Source: Negaprion brevirostris (taxonomy: Eukaryota). Taken from it: a stretch of DNA of 63,906 nucleotides. The position numbers were made by a program, and so were the translations under genes. The notes under the pieces are model-generated. The model made no database searches. It saw only the letters and a list, made by a program, of their open reading frames with translations, and was not told the origin of the DNA. The stretch lies in assembly GCA_030324005.1 (NCBI GenBank), contig JARDVH010000073.1:50407144-50471049 (forward strand). The letters are read 5' to 3'. Within the stretch, counting starts at the first letter, position 1, and every line of letters begins with the position of its first letter. Shown here one piece after another: positions 50,391 through 63,750 of the stretch.

Positions 50391-51264
50391 CTTAATGAAA
50401 ATCAGTGTTTTACGTGATGCAAAACAAGACTTGGGGCTTCTAATCCATTTCTTGCCTGAGGCAAAGTATATCTTTCTTTAAAACCCAAAATAGACCAGTG
50501 TCCATCCAAAGACAAAGACTTTCCACACAAGCCAATGGGCTCAAGTTACAGAATGGAAACAATAGCTGCTTTGTAATATATTCAATTTATCTGATCGCAA
50601 AATGTGTTTTTTACTCTGGTATATATAAAAAAAAACCTCTATTTAATGTACTGCTGCTTGTTTGTATAGTATTTTTCTGGTTCTACCTTGAACACAACTT
50701 GTCATCCTTTTCAAGGTGGTCATAAATTCTATATCATCATCATATCAGGAATAGCAATAAACCACTCAGCCCCACAAGCCTGCTCTGCTCTTTAATTAAA
50801 TCATGGCGGATATGTACCAGAAACTCAGTTTTCCCGCCTGTGCTTCACTTTCCTCAATACCATTTCTGAAAATAAAAATGTACTAATCTCAGCTCTGAAA
50901 GTTCCAAACTGGGAGTTTCATCAGTGTCAGATTGGCAAAACATCTGGCACTGAGTGAGATGCAGTTAGGATAAAGATCAATCATGGCATCGAGTAAATGG
51001 TGGAACAAGCTGAATGGCCTATGCTGTTCCTACTTTCCTAAGAAATGGAACTTCAACAGTATCTTTTAAAACGTGTTGCATTGTCCACAATTTGGCATTT
51101 AGAGCCTTGCAGGCTCTATTTAATTGAGGTGAACCTCCTCTGATCTCAGTGTCCTTTGGCTTGGGTATAGTCAATACCAGAGGTCTGCTCAGGGCCAACG
51201 TGCAGTGAAACCGGGGGTTAGAGCTGAGATTTTTTAGCCCAGATCCAGATGCTCTGTCAATTCT

Positions 51265-51535
51265 GGCCTACTGAGCATTCCTGCATTTAATTACTGCATC
51301 AGCGGGTGCCATCATCTCTGTAGGCCAGAGCCTGTAAAATTCACTTCCTAAATCACTCTGCCCCTCTTTCTCCTCCTTTAAGACATTCCTTAACACCCGC
51401 CACTTTGACAAGCTTTTGGTCACCTGAATATCCCTTGACATGGCTCAGTTTCTAAATGTGTTTGATAATGCTGGTGAAGCACTGGGCGACAATTTAATAT
51501 GTTAAATGTACAATATAAATACAAATTGTTGCTGA
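51265..51535 (+). mobile_element. L2 LINE 3' end
   Basis: 'ctcctcctttaagacattccttaa..ctttgacaagcttttggtcacctg..tggctcag..gtgaagcactggg..atataaatacaaattgttgctg'. Confidence 0.7.
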
Positions 51536-54500
51536 AAGGTTTGAAAAAAATGAATCAAGTTTCAGCTCAAGTATCTTGCAGGTGGCAAACACACCTTTAG
51601 GGGAACTGCACAGGAGAAGAGTTATACCTTCCTCTGTTTATCCTATTCTCCAAATAGAGTTTGTGTTTAAAGTACAGGTGCGGATCCTTCAGCATATGTT
51701 TGAAATACTGGGTAGAAAACTGCCAATTAGCTTGAGATTACCTTCTTGAGGTGGTCCTACCTTCAACACCCTCCTCCACTGCCCTGGACAAAATCATTCC
51801 AACTAGTTGATATCTTTCATGGTCCTGACTTTTGCCCTACATTGACCTTCCAGCGGTCTCCTTCTATGATCCCTTTCAAGAGAAGCCAATCAGCATGCTT
51901 AAGTCGCTGATTTCGGACAAACACCAGGAGAAAGCACTTCACACANNNNNNNNNNGAATGCCCAAAAATCTGAATGTTCTTCGTAGGTGGACAGCAGATG
52001 TGAAAACCTGTGGCTCATTTACGGAAAGTTAGGAAGTGTGTTTTGGGCTCTGAAAGTTTTATTTCCACTGCTCCCCATGAAGGGCTTATTCAAACTAGAA
52101 CACCTCCCTTGTCTGTATCTGTCTTCCAAACACCAGATCTTGTGGCACGGTGGCACAGTGGTCAGCACAGCTGCTCACATTGTTCCACTGCAGAGCTAAC
52201 GTCGCCTACTTATGACATTGATAAATAAACCTTAAACTTTAAACACCAGTTTGACTGCAGCAATCGGCAATTTTTTGTGTTTCCCTTAAGTAGTGGGAAT
52301 TGTGCTGCAAGTGTCCCATAACGTTCCATGTTTGTTCAACTTGCAATGGGAAGTACTGATATTGGTCATCAGACATGGCCTGAAGAAGTTAAGGACAGTC
52401 TCAAACCCTTGTATTTAAATAAAGACAGTGTAGGAATAGAGGATGAAAACCCTTTATCCATTGGATGTCACCCATACAGAATACCTGTCATCTCATTCCA
52501 ATATCTAACTGTTTCATAAATGAGTCATGCCCTGGCCTGTGCCAGACCTCTTGGCAACCTGTTCCATCTAATTATTGTCCTGTGAGCTAAACAAGGGTGC
52601 GCTTACAGAATAAGGATTCCCCAGATATGTGTTATATTTATGCACACAAGCCTTATGAAATTCCAGTCCTCGTCATGTTTAACCTCTTTTACATTTGGGA
52701 GCTTGCCAATTTCCCCTTCATGTCCTTGAGCTACTTTGGATTAAAATACATTAATCTTCTGTTTCAGTGAAACATAGCCCAGTGCCTATGCGAAGCTGTG
52801 CGATTGTGNNNNNNNNNNTATGCTTTAAGAGTTTCTTTGCACAAGATTCACTGCACCATGAGTGAGTTATGATCATGTTGTGCATGAATGAAAGCACATC
52901 AGTAACGCACTATCAGTCGTGTGATATTGCATTTATTCCACGGCGAGTCATTTTTCACGTTTTAAGTACATTCTGAAATTAGCTCACTCTGATTATCCAC
53001 TGTGCTACCAGACATTTATAATTTCATGAGCACATTGCCATTCACAGAGATTTTCAAAGTTGCTTCAGCCTACAAACACAAGTTGTGGAAAAATTAACCA
53101 TCTCCAATAGCGAAGTTAAACGCTGAAGTTTGTTATGGGACTTGCCAGTTTTGCAAGTCTGCATGTGGTTCTGCATACGGAATGGTGGAGGTTCAAAGAG
53201 GCTTGATTTCTTGCAAATGGTTATTATATGGTACCATTCTCATGTATAGCAGAGATGTTGCTGGGAGAAAACAGTGAGGGATCGGGTCAACGAGCAGAGG
53301 TCACAACTAGTCCTAGTGCAAAGGCTGGTTTTCAATCTTTTGTAACTCCCCTAGCACAACCTTTGACCTCCCTCAGTGCTGTCTTGTTTTAGCTATCTCT
53401 CTCTTGGCTCATTCTGATTTCCCACTCAAAAAAAAACCCATACCCAATTGTTATTGGAAATATGATGGAGGTAATTTTGCGCAATCTCTCAAACACCAAT
53501 ACGCACAAGAGTCCAGATTAATATTTATAACAAAATGCGTGGAAAAATAGTTTCAAACCTATTAACCTTTCTCAGGGCAGCATTTTATCAGGTCGAAACA
53601 ACAGCGTGTTACTGAAAAGACAACAGTTTAACTCTACAATCTAAAGGTACATCACAGATAGACGTTGGGAATGAAAGCTGAGCCAGAGAGAGAGCAGATT
53701 GAGAAACGAGAGACAGAAAGCTTGGCTGAAAAGGTGGAGACAAAGCTGGAGAAGAGGTCCATGGAGAAAGTTCCGGAAAGTAGGACTGAAGGCTTCGCCG
53801 GAAATTAAAGGGCAAAGGAAATTTGGGGATGGTTAGGAAGTTAATTAGCCCACAATGGGTTATAGTCATCCGTAGATGAAATGTAGGACAAGGATGTGGG
53901 GGATTTAGAGAGCTTTTTTAAATTGGGGAACGGGACATCAATGAAGAATTAGGGAGGGCGCGGCTTTTCTTGCTATTAGTACTAAACGCTGTGGCCACTC
54001 AACAGCCTGTGTTTTACAAGTAAAGCTGCACACAGTCAGGTGATGCACATCTATTTTCATCAATCGTACAACTTAGCCACAGGTAGATCCCAAACAAATG
54101 GTATAACATCTGTCTTTTTCTTTTATTTTACAGTCGTCTACAAAGAGCATTGTGCAACAACATATCAATACTTAATTTATGTCAGATCCCTCTCTCGCCA
54201 CAAATAGAAGCTCCAAATCATCCTCTATGTTCTGAATGGCATTTTCTTCATCAACCAAAAACAGCAAACAAAATGATTCGAACGCTGAATGCTTTACACG
54301 TCAGCGCAATAATTACACAGGGTAATTTTCAGGCTCGGGAGAACTGCACTAATCCACACAGTCTACAATGCAGCAGACAAAGGATTAAGACAACCATTTT
54401 AAGAACAAAAGAAGCAACTCTTCTATTATTCGATTATTAATTTGGCCACACAGTTGACGCTGTATAAATGGGAATCCCGCTGACTGGCATTCGCAGGACC

Positions 54501-57009
54501 CTTGGCTTTCGATCAGATGCTGCTCCACAACAAAACTGTTGAACGCATTTTTGTTTTCATGCACTTTTGATGAAAGGCAGCCCTTGGCCTGAAATAATAA
54601 GTCAATTCTTTTAGCAAAATAATACCCCCCCCCCTCCATCTGGGGCAAATCGTCAATTTTCAGAATTGTCAAAATTAATGAATTGTGAGCAACACCTGAC
54701 ATATGCAGCTGATTTTTTTGCATACTAATCAGCATGTCACAAAACTGATAGACATTCTGGCACTTGATGTTATGGTTGCCATGGTATGCAATTTCTTAAT
54801 GCTGTTCCTTGCAAAGCCCATGTCTAAAAACAATTCAGCTTATTGTCAACACAATGATTTTCTGGTACACGATGAGGAGGCTGGATATAATGGACCTACA
54901 TACGAGACCCCCTGACAGATTCTCGTTTCTCAACTTAATTAGTTATTAGTGGCAGTGATGTCATTCGGCAGCCTCCTGTCACACAGCAGTCAATCCACGG
55001 AGCCAGCTGAGATTGGATGCAGGATTCCTGGGGTGGCACTTAAGCAATCTTGGGCTTTAAACAGGAAAACACATGCTCGATTCGAAGGACATCTTTTAAC
55101 TTTTCAAGCTTAGATCACTCCGACACACAGCCTGCTGCTAACTATGGATATGATCAATGTTAACAATTCTTGCAAACTGGGCCAATGAGTGACACTTCTG
55201 CCCACGAAGGAAACATCAACAAGCCCAGGGAAATCAGGCCTGTGCACTGCTGAAATAATTAAGTCAATGCCGGAGCAGGATTCATTTCAACTTGAATGGA
55301 AATGCACTCCTACACAGCAAACAGACTATCCAAAAGCTATACAAATCCATGAGATGAGACTTCGTTGTTGCTATGCATACATCCCAAAAGGGTGTCAATC
55401 CCACAGAACGGAATATATGTTTCACTCATTGGGGGTGGGGGTAAGTCTGTTTTGGTGCCTTTCGCTTCAGGCTGCTACAACTGGATCAATGATGGCCTGC
55501 AACTGAAGCAAGCCAATTAGAATTGTCACTTCCTCAACAGTAAAGAGTTTTATTAGCACCATTTATGAGGCACAGTCAAACAAGAAGAGGGACAACATGA
55601 CTAAAAGCAAACAGCCAAAGTCACCTGTCAGGAATGGTGTCACTCTACGTGGCAAAAATCAGTGTGTCCACCCCAAGTATCTTGTTGAAAACAGATTCCT
55701 TTATTTAACTGAATATTACATATTTTAAAGTTCCTTATAAGCAGTCAACTCGTGTAGTTTACATTCAGAAATTTCTGGCTCATCTTGAACATAAACTTTC
55801 TGTCCTGACAGCCATGTCTTTTAAAAGTAAATCTGTGCTGACCAGAGCTTGGTCCAGGCTTGTCCTACTTTACTATATTGCTATTGGTTTGAATGTCCAG
55901 TCTATGTCTGTGATTGCTTTAGTGATGTACAAGTACCTCAGGTTTAGCACACACCTATTCTCTGGCCAGGATTTTTCAAGATGGTGAGATTTCCTGCCAT
56001 GCCATAAGAGAGTGCATTGCCACCGATACCGCCCTGCAGCTACTTAATTCTCCAAGGAGTGTTAACTGGCTGGAGATGGGGTTTCCACCCTCATTTGGGA
56101 GGGATTCCTGTTTCAAAAAGCTGTCAGCTAATCAGATTGGCAAGCTGTTCTCCAGTCTCAGCAGTGCCACAAGCTGTAAGGGGCCGGGAGTGTTATTACA
56201 AGCAGTCCTCAGCATCTAAAAACTAGAGTTCAGGACCAGGTAAGTGCGAGTGTCTTGAGGTGGTAAAGGAAGTGAGGTTGGGAGGAAAGNNNNNNNNNNN
56301 NNNNNNNNNNNNNNNNNNNNNNNNNNNNNNNNNNNNNNNNNNNNNNNNNNNNNNNNNNNNNNNNNNNNNNNNNNNNNNNNNNNNNNNNNGGATGGGCAGG
56401 GTAGGGTGGTAAGGGTGCAGTGTTGATGGGCACATCAGGGCAGAGGAAGGAGGGCAGACTTTGTGGGAGGATGTGGAAGTTCCTGATGTTGGAAGGAGGC
56501 TGTTGATGGAAGTGCCCCTCAATTCCCCCTACTGCCACCTCCACCCCTCTTATAATCTGAGACCTTAACAGTTGAACTCTTCCTGTCAGCTGAAAATGGA
56601 GACTAGCTGGGAAAAGGCCTTTAAGTGGTCATTAATAATCTGCTTAAGGGCCTCAACTTGGGAAAAGAGGGGGTCGGCCTCAGTCCCACATCCACTGTGA
56701 ATGATGAAGAGGTCACTATGTGCAGGTGGCCAGTGGGAAAGCCATTTGAGGAATCTTGTGGGCTCCATCCACCTGCAAAACCACTGGTATGGCAATGTAG
56801 AAGTCTGCCCTATGTTTCTATCCCTGTTGCATTGCTTAGTTCAGTTGATATCATTCGCACCCAAGTCAGATGTTTGAGAGTTCAAGTGCCACTATTGAAC
56901 TGAATGAGCATTGGCAGAGGTGCTCTCCTCTGAAGGCATTGGATCCTTTTTGGAGTATGGAAGTGATTCACTGTCTGGCACATCCCCCAAATAGGCACAG
57001 CACTGGAGA

Positions 57010-57440
57010 AGATCTGCATGTTCCATCCATTCCCCTTTAGTGTACATAAATTTGCTTCCATCCAAATCCATCTTTTCAAATGTTGCTCCAGCTATCTCAC
57101 CAGCTGAAATGCGCTGATACAACCGGCCCCTACTGCTTCCCTTGCCAGTCCGTTCCATGCATTCATCACTCATGTAAAGGAATTAAACCTTAAAATATAT
57201 TTTCACCCTCCCCTCTTCTATCTCTTGTTGTCGAATGTGTGACTGTTAAATCGATTAATATTGGTCACTTTCTGTTCTTGAGTATTTCAATGAGGCTTCA
57301 CATCTCCCAGTGTAAACTTTTCCAGTTTCTTCAGCATTTCCTCAGAACTAAGGCATTTCATCCCAGTGAGAAATATTGTTGGTCCTTGCTACACCCTCTC
57401 CAATTCCTGGATGTCATTTATATAAGACAGTGGCCAGAGT
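57010..57440 (-). mobile_element. Old CR1-type fragment
   Basis: 'cttccatgcattcatcactc', 'catcccagtgag..gctacaccctctccaa..atgtc..tataag..gtggccaga'. Confidence 0.45.
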
Positions 57441-57919
57441 TGTGCATTGGGTGTGTTTGGAACCGGGAATCACATTCTGAGTTTGACACACTATCCCTCA
57501 GTTTGTCCACCAGTGTTCATTGTAAGCAGTTTGGAAGCAATAACTGGAGATTCACTTGTGTTCCTATGAAGAGGAACAGAATGAAACTGCGGTTGTTAGG
57601 TTTGTAATGTGTATTGCACAAAATAAAAGTTTATAAAAGTGCGTGAAGATTTGCTCCAGATCTATCCTTCACCACCTGGCTAACTGGAATATGACATACA
57701 GTTTGCACTGTTGAAGCAAGGGTCTGGATGGGCAATAGGAAATCTGCAGAATGAATTCCACATGAAGACATTCATTGCGAGTCACTGCATAGTGTCCAGG
57801 AACAAGAATTCTGCTTGATATTCCCCTCTAGTCGCTCACTCCACTGTAGCTGAGATCAACTAGCCAAGGGCTTCTTGGGGAAGGGGGGCTGGATAAAGGC
57901 AGATAACATGGGTTAGTGT

Positions 57920-58860
57920 GAGATGGGGAGAATGAGACAGCACAGTGAGAAATGGGGAAAACAAGAAAGCAGAGTGAGAGATGGGGAGCATGAGAGAGAG
58001 CAGAAAGAAAGATGGAGTGCATGAGAGAGCAGAGCGAAAGACGGGGAGAACGAAGGCAGAACGAGAGATGGGCAGCATGGGAGAGCAGAGGGAGAGTAGG
58101 GGGGAGGAGCAGAGGGAGAGTTGGAGTGTACAAGAGAGCAGNNNNNNNNNNNNNNNNNNNNNNNNNNNNNNNNNNNNNNNNNNNNNNNNNNNNNNNNNNN
58201 NNNNNNNNNNNNNNNNNNNNNNNNNNNNNNNNNNNNNNNNNNNNNNNNNCGGCGGGGACGAGAGAGCAGAGGGAGAGACGGCGTGTACGAGCGAGCAGAG
58301 GGAGCGACGGCGTGTCCGAGAGAGCAGAGGGAGAGACGGCGTGTACGAGAGAGCAGAGGGAGAGGCGGCGTGTACGAGAGAGCAGAGGGAGAGATGGCAT
58401 GTACGAGAGAGCAGAGGGAGAGATGGAGTGTATGAGAGAGCAGAGAGAGATGGGGAGGATGACAGGAGATATGGGGAGGATGACAGAGCAGAGGGACAGA
58501 TGGGGAGGAGAAAACACAGAGAGAGATGGGAAAGATGGGGAACACGAGAGACCCAAGGGAGGGATGGCGAGTAGGAGAGAGCACAGCGAGAGATGGAATG
58601 CATGACAGAGAAGAGGGACAGATGGGGAGGAGAGAGCACAGGGAGAGATGGACAGTACGAGATAGCAGAGGGAAAGATGGAATGCACGAGAGAGCAGAAT
58701 GAGAGATGAAGAGCAGGAGAGAGCAGAGGGAGGAATGGAGTGCATGAAAGAGCAGAGGGAGAGTTGGCGTGCATGAGAAAGCCAAGGGAGGGATGAGAAA
58801 CAGGAGAGAGCAGAGCGAGAGATGAGGAGCAGGAGAGGATGAGAGACTGAAATGTGGATG
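57920..58860 (+). repeat. Purine-rich minisatellite, ~29-bp unit (gagagcagagggagagacggcgtgtacga)
   Basis: Units start at 58262, 58291 and 58320; they become more degenerate on both flanks. This repeat explains the long low-complexity ORFs here. Confidence 0.92.
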
Positions 58861-59064
58861 TGAAAGTTCAGAATACGCAGTAGGAAAGACCATAGATACA
58901 TTAGCCAAACTGAACTGCAGTACTACCCATCAAAAAAAAATTGCCTTACAAGATGAAGCCACCTNNNNNNNNNNNNNNNNNNNNNNNNNNNNNNNNNNNN
59001 NNNNNNNNNNNNNNNNNNNNNNNNNNNNNNNNNNNNNNNNNNNNNNNNNNNNNNNNNNNNNNNN

Positions 59065-59640
59065 NTGTAGACTTCTATCAGGTCTCCCCTCAACCTCCGT
59101 CACTCCAGTGAGAACAAACCAAGTTTCTCCAACCTCTCCTCAAAGCTAATGTCCTCCATACCAGGCAACATCCTGGTAAATCTTTTCTCTACCCTCTCCA
59201 AAGCCTCCACATCCTTGTGACCGTGTGGCGACCAGGATTGAACACTATATTCTAAAGTTGATGACTGATCTGTTTGTGTTGAGTCCCACATTCTCATCCA
59301 CTGCCGATAGCCTTTGATTTCCTTGTCGAACAAGAATTTTATTGACTCCCACTTTACAAATGTTCAGTGACACCACATCTACTTCTTCAGAGGCAGAGGA
59401 TTACAGAGTCACACAACCCTCAGAGATAATAACGTCTCCCCTTCACTGTCTTATTAAAGGTTACCCCTAATTTTAAACCTGGTTCTGGATTCACCCACCA
59501 GAGGAAACATCCTTCCAATGTTCACCTTGTCAATACCATTCAGGATCTTGTACAATTCAATACCCACCCCTCACTCTTCTAAATTCCAGCAGAACCAGCT
59601 CCCACCTTTCCAACCTATCTTAATTAGTCAGCCCATCATT
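59065..59640 (-). mobile_element. CR1 LINE fragments (two adjacent pieces)
   Basis: LEYSVQSWSPHGHKDVEALERVEKRFTRMLPGMEDISFEERLEKLGLFSLE; older CR1 3' remnant at 59270-59640. Confidence 0.88.
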
Positions 59641-59744
59641 CCTGCAGTTTTACTTTCAGTTTCAGTCTGACAAGGCAAGAGCTTTGAGAATAAATCTCTG
59701 CTTGTTAGCTTAAACTGTGCGTGTGAGTGTGAACAAAGACCAGG

Positions 59745-60075
59745 GAAAAGGATAGCAGAGGAGCAGGCCCTTTGGCCCTTCGAGCCTGTGCTCGTCAAGA
59801 TGCTCTAACTAAAGATAAAACCTTCCCCCCTCCTCGGTCTGTATCCCTCTATTCCCTCCCTATTCATCTACCCATCCAGATGCCTCTTTACTGTTGCTAA
59901 TGTGCCTGCTTCCACCACCTTCAGTAGCAGCGCATTCCAGGCACCCACCACCCTCTGTGTGAAAAACTTCCACCGCACATCTCCCTTAAACTTTCCCCCT
60001 CTCACCTTGAACCTTTCCCCTCCCTTGTAATTGACACTTCCATCTTTGGAAAAAACCTCTGGCTATCCACCTGAA
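59745..60075 (-). mobile_element. CR1 LINE 3' end
   Basis: 'gagcaggccctttggcccttcgagcctgtgc..gcagcgcattccaggcacccaccaccctctgtgtgaaaaactt..ctcaccttgaacct'. Confidence 0.85.
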
Positions 60076-60127
60076 GAATTAACTTACTCCAGCACCAGTA
60101 ACTGCCCTTTGAAAGAACATTATGATC

Positions 60128-60608
60128 TGATTTATTATTGTCAAATGTATTAGTATTCAGTGAAAAGTATTGTTTCTTCCACACTATACGGACAAAACAC
60201 ACCATTCATGGAGTACATAGAGGGGAAGAAAGGAGAGAATGCAGAATGTAGTGTTACAATCATAGCTAGGGTGTGGAGAAAGATCAACTTAATGTGAGAT
60301 AGGTTCATTCAAATGTTCATTGGCAGCAGGGAAGGAGCTGCTCTTGCATTGATTGGTATGTGACCTCAGACTTTTGTATTTTTATCCCAACGGAAGAGGG
60401 TAGAAGAGAGTATGTCTGGGGTCCTTAATTATGCTGGCGGCTTTTCCGAGGCAGCGGGAAGTGTAGACAGATTCAATGGATGGGAGGTTGGTTTGCGTGA
60501 TGAACTGGTCTTCATTCACTACCCTTTATAGTTTCTTGTGGTCTTGGATGGAGCAGGAGCCATTCCAAGCTGTGACACAACCAAAAAGAATGCTTTCTAT
60601 AGTGCACC
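60128..60608 (-). mobile_element. Rex1/Babar LINE 3' end
   Basis: Reverse complement reads TIESILFGCVTAWNGSCSIQDHKKL.RVVNE, homologous to 17645-17922, plus a 3'UTR ending 'caataataaatcagatca'. Confidence 0.82.
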
Positions 60609-60609
60609 C

Positions 60610-60795
60610 ATGCAGGCAAGGGGAGAGTATCCATCACACTCCTGACTTGTGCCTTGCAGATAGTGGACAAGATTTGGGGAGTCAGGAGGTGAGTTACTCA
60701 CCGCAGTATCCATCTCCTCTGATCTTCTCTAGGTAGCCACAATATTTATGTGGCTTATCTAGTTCCGTTTCTGGTCAATGGTAACCCCCAGCATG
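60610..60795 (-). mobile_element. Fragment of the LINE family at 4110-5190
   Basis: 'catcacactcctgacttgtgccttgcagatagtggaca..ttggggagtcaggagg' matches 4749-4880. Confidence 0.75.
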
Positions 60796-60839
60796 TTAAA
60801 CTGCTTCCGTAACTGTAAAAGATTTACTATAAAATTTTG

Positions 60840-61050
60840 AAGTGAAGAGCTATCCCCTACGTCCTGGGCAATACTTGTCCCTCAAGCACATCACTAAATC
60901 AGATTAACTATTGTGTGCAGAATCTTACAGTGCAAAAGGAAGCTGCCATGTTTCCAGTGTCACAACACTGGATGCTTCAAAGAATTTAAGTATTTGGCAA
61001 GTCCTGCATTTATGAAAAATGCTATATAGATGTGAGTCTTCCACTCTTTT
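60840..61050 (+). mobile_element. Deu-domain SINE fragment
   Basis: 'gaagagc..gtcctgggcaatacttgtccctcaag.catcactaaa..atgaaaaatgctatatagatg'. Confidence 0.6.
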
Positions 61051-62460
61051 AATTAAAACTTGTTCAGAGTTCTTGATCTTCCGAAGTTGGAATCATCAGT
61101 GGTTTACTGACCAGCCTTGGCTGGCAATCTGCAGGATACAGAATGTGATTCAGAGGGCAGTGCTGAGAAAGCTGTGTGTGGGTGAGACAAGGCAGCTCTG
61201 CAACCCTGAGCTGTGCAGGGTACAGGAGAACAAAGGCGAAGGCAGGACTCGGCCTAATGGCAATCCAGCAATGAAGGAACAAGATTGGACTCAACTGTGA
61301 CAACCCCAACAACCAAAGGCTCACAGTCACTACGGAAGCCCACACATGAAGAATGCGCACTTGAGCGCAGTCTCGGGTGAGTGTGAAAGCCCCAAGACCT
61401 GGTATCTTCAAGAGAGGAGAGAGAGCAAACTGTAAAGTGTAGAACAAAATAAACCAAACAATCCACAAAGTGGAAAACGGCACAGACTATTAAAGGGAAC
61501 ATCATGCTTTACATCCACGCAACAAAATTATTGAGGGGAATACAAATGTAAACCTTTCAGGAAATCACTATTACTAGTTACTATTTATGAGAGAAGTTGT
61601 GTATAATAAGGAACGGGCAACACACTTTAGGGTGAGCCATTCAAACAATGTTACTCACTTCAGAATGAGCATTAAGGCCATGATCCCTGAAGAACTTCAG
61701 TTTGACCTCAGGTTCAAGGGCAGTAAAGGTCGAACAGCCATCTCATTTCATATGCTAATCTTCCCTGTCATCCCAACAGCCACATCTAAACACACAAGGA
61801 AAACGTCACTTTCCCATTTGGAGGAAAATAAAGGTCCATCTTCCGTTGGAAGCAATGAGCGGTAACAGATTCTTGATTTAACGTGTCATTTCATTTGGTG
61901 TTCAAGGACAGAGTCGTTGTGAACAGAGGTTACACAAACAGCACTGGATGGTGAGTGGCTAGCACAGAGAGAAGATTCACATCAGGCAAAGGATGGAAAT
62001 CCGAGAAGCACTGAATCTATTTGATTCCACCGGGGCAGCAAGTCCTTGCTCTTGACGTTTCTAAATACAATGAACACTGGCCTTTGGTAACCAGCATTCA
62101 GAAAGAAGGGACACTGCAATGCATCAAAGCTTTATTTCACATTGCAATCTTTCACATTATATAACCTCGGCTTTGTTTTTATGGAGACAGTCAAGGCATG
62201 ACTGCATTCGAATACCAGTGTGTCCTTATTCACTCATGCTCGCTTTGTGCCACAATGTGCTCGACTCCATCCCAGCAGCACCAACACCAGTAAAGTGTCT
62301 GCACAGCACTAGCAGCAGCAGTTTGACTGCTCTTCCCTACAAGCTGTCTCTGAGGAAACATATTGATTTCCCAGTTATTATGAACACAAAATTATTGAAT
62401 GATAAATGATAGAGTGTTAAGTTCTACAAGTATTTTCCCAAATCGGCTCACTACACCTGT

Positions 62461-62474
62461 GTTGCCATAGCAAT
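62461..62474. promoter_or_regulatory. RFX X-box-like motif GTTGCCATAGCAAT
   Basis: One mismatch from the X-box consensus; lies in unique sequence. Confidence 0.35.
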
Positions 62475-63019
62475 GTGACAGAGCTTCTGACAAAAAGTCT
62501 TTTAAATGGTTTGACCATGGTAAAGAAACACTTCTTTGCCAGTAACTAATTTAACAGACGATTGAGTTGAATGCGGCAGGAAGCAGAATTTGCTGGTTTA
62601 AATTATTTGGCGCTAAATTCATTCGGGCAGTCCCAGAGCGAACAAAAACAGCACAGGATCTAAGGTCATAACTGGTGTCTTCATTTTGCAATTAAAAAAT
62701 AGTGTTTCTGCTCCCGTCTGGACACTGTATCATTAACCGAGGTAGTGTTAATCCTCAGTAGATAAATTACTAGACCTGACAGCACATGTTCCACTGGGAA
62801 CAGAAGGTTCTGCATCACAAGACACAACTGATTAAACCAACAAGGACAATGTGTGCAAATATCAGCTCGACAATTACGTAGCAGAAGTGTTACAACTGCA
62901 GCACACACTCCCTGGAACTGACAATGTGCTCTGGATCACCCCAGCAGGGTTCAGCCATGGCTCAGTCACCACCTCCCTCACCTCGGGGTCAATATGCCCT
63001 TCAGAGGTGAGAAAACAGA

Positions 63020-63360
63020 ATCCAGGTTGACGGTCCATTGCCGTACTGAGAGAGTTCGGCACCACTGGGAGGTGAAGTCTTTCAGATAATATGTTGAACC
63101 GAGACACTGACAGCCCTCTCAGCTATGTNNNNNNNNNNNCTATTTGGAGGAAGAGCAGGAAAATTTCTTTGATGCCTTAGCCAATGTTTGAACTTTCTCA
63201 ATATCACCAAAACAGATTATCTGGGCATTATCTCGTTTTCACTGTGGAAGCTTGCTGTGAGCCATTTCCCACATTACAACTTGTGAAACTAATATTTCAT
63301 TAGCTGTGAAGCACTTTGAGAGATCCTGCGGTCATGAAAGACATTATATCAATTTTCTTC
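63020..63360 (+). mobile_element. Deu-domain SINE
   Basis: 'gtactgag.gag..cactgggaggtg..tctttcagat..ggaagagcagga..aacagattatctgggcattatc..cttgctgtg..gctgtgaagcactttg..gtcatgaaagac'. Confidence 0.75.
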
Positions 63361-63594
63361 TTATATTAGCAAATTAATTCTCATAACAGGTCTCTCTCAC
63401 ACTCTGCAAACTTTGGAACTGCTGTTTTTTTCAAAAAAATGCTTATTCCATTTTGCCCCATTCTCTCCGGAGCCTACCTACCCTTTGTTATGAGACTCTT
63501 CCAGATGGTGGTAAGTAAGCCTCCGAGGCCTCGCCCACGTGCCTACTGAACATTAATCACTGCTTAAACTGAGCACCCATGCTGCGACACAGAA

Positions 63595-63750
63595 GATGGG
63601 ATTTACCACACAGCTCACACAATCCTCTGGTCCTGCCATTGTCAACGGGAATTCCCACTGAATGCACCCCTTGCTGCTGTGGAACCCATGGCAGGGGTGC
63701 ACTGTCGATGGGACCAGAAGATCCTACCAGCATGAACATTTTGAACGTTC
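63595..63750. mobile_element. GC-rich MITE-like repeat (family of 11412-11600)
   Basis: 'atcctctggtcctgccattgtcaacgggaattccca..tgggaccagaagatcctacc' internal inverted repeat. Confidence 0.55.

Noticed and set aside
58262-58440. CRISPR-like periodic repeat
   Set aside because: Contiguous tandem units with no unique spacers, no cas genes, and a vertebrate context.
57828-58908. Long ORFs (300-357 aa) in several frames
   Set aside because: By-product of the stop-poor minisatellite and an N gap; low-complexity translation.
63505-63516. Possible 6-nt plus-strand microexon (cag|ATGGTG|gtaagt)
   Set aside because: Short pyrimidine tract and no evidence for a plus-strand host gene; expected by chance.
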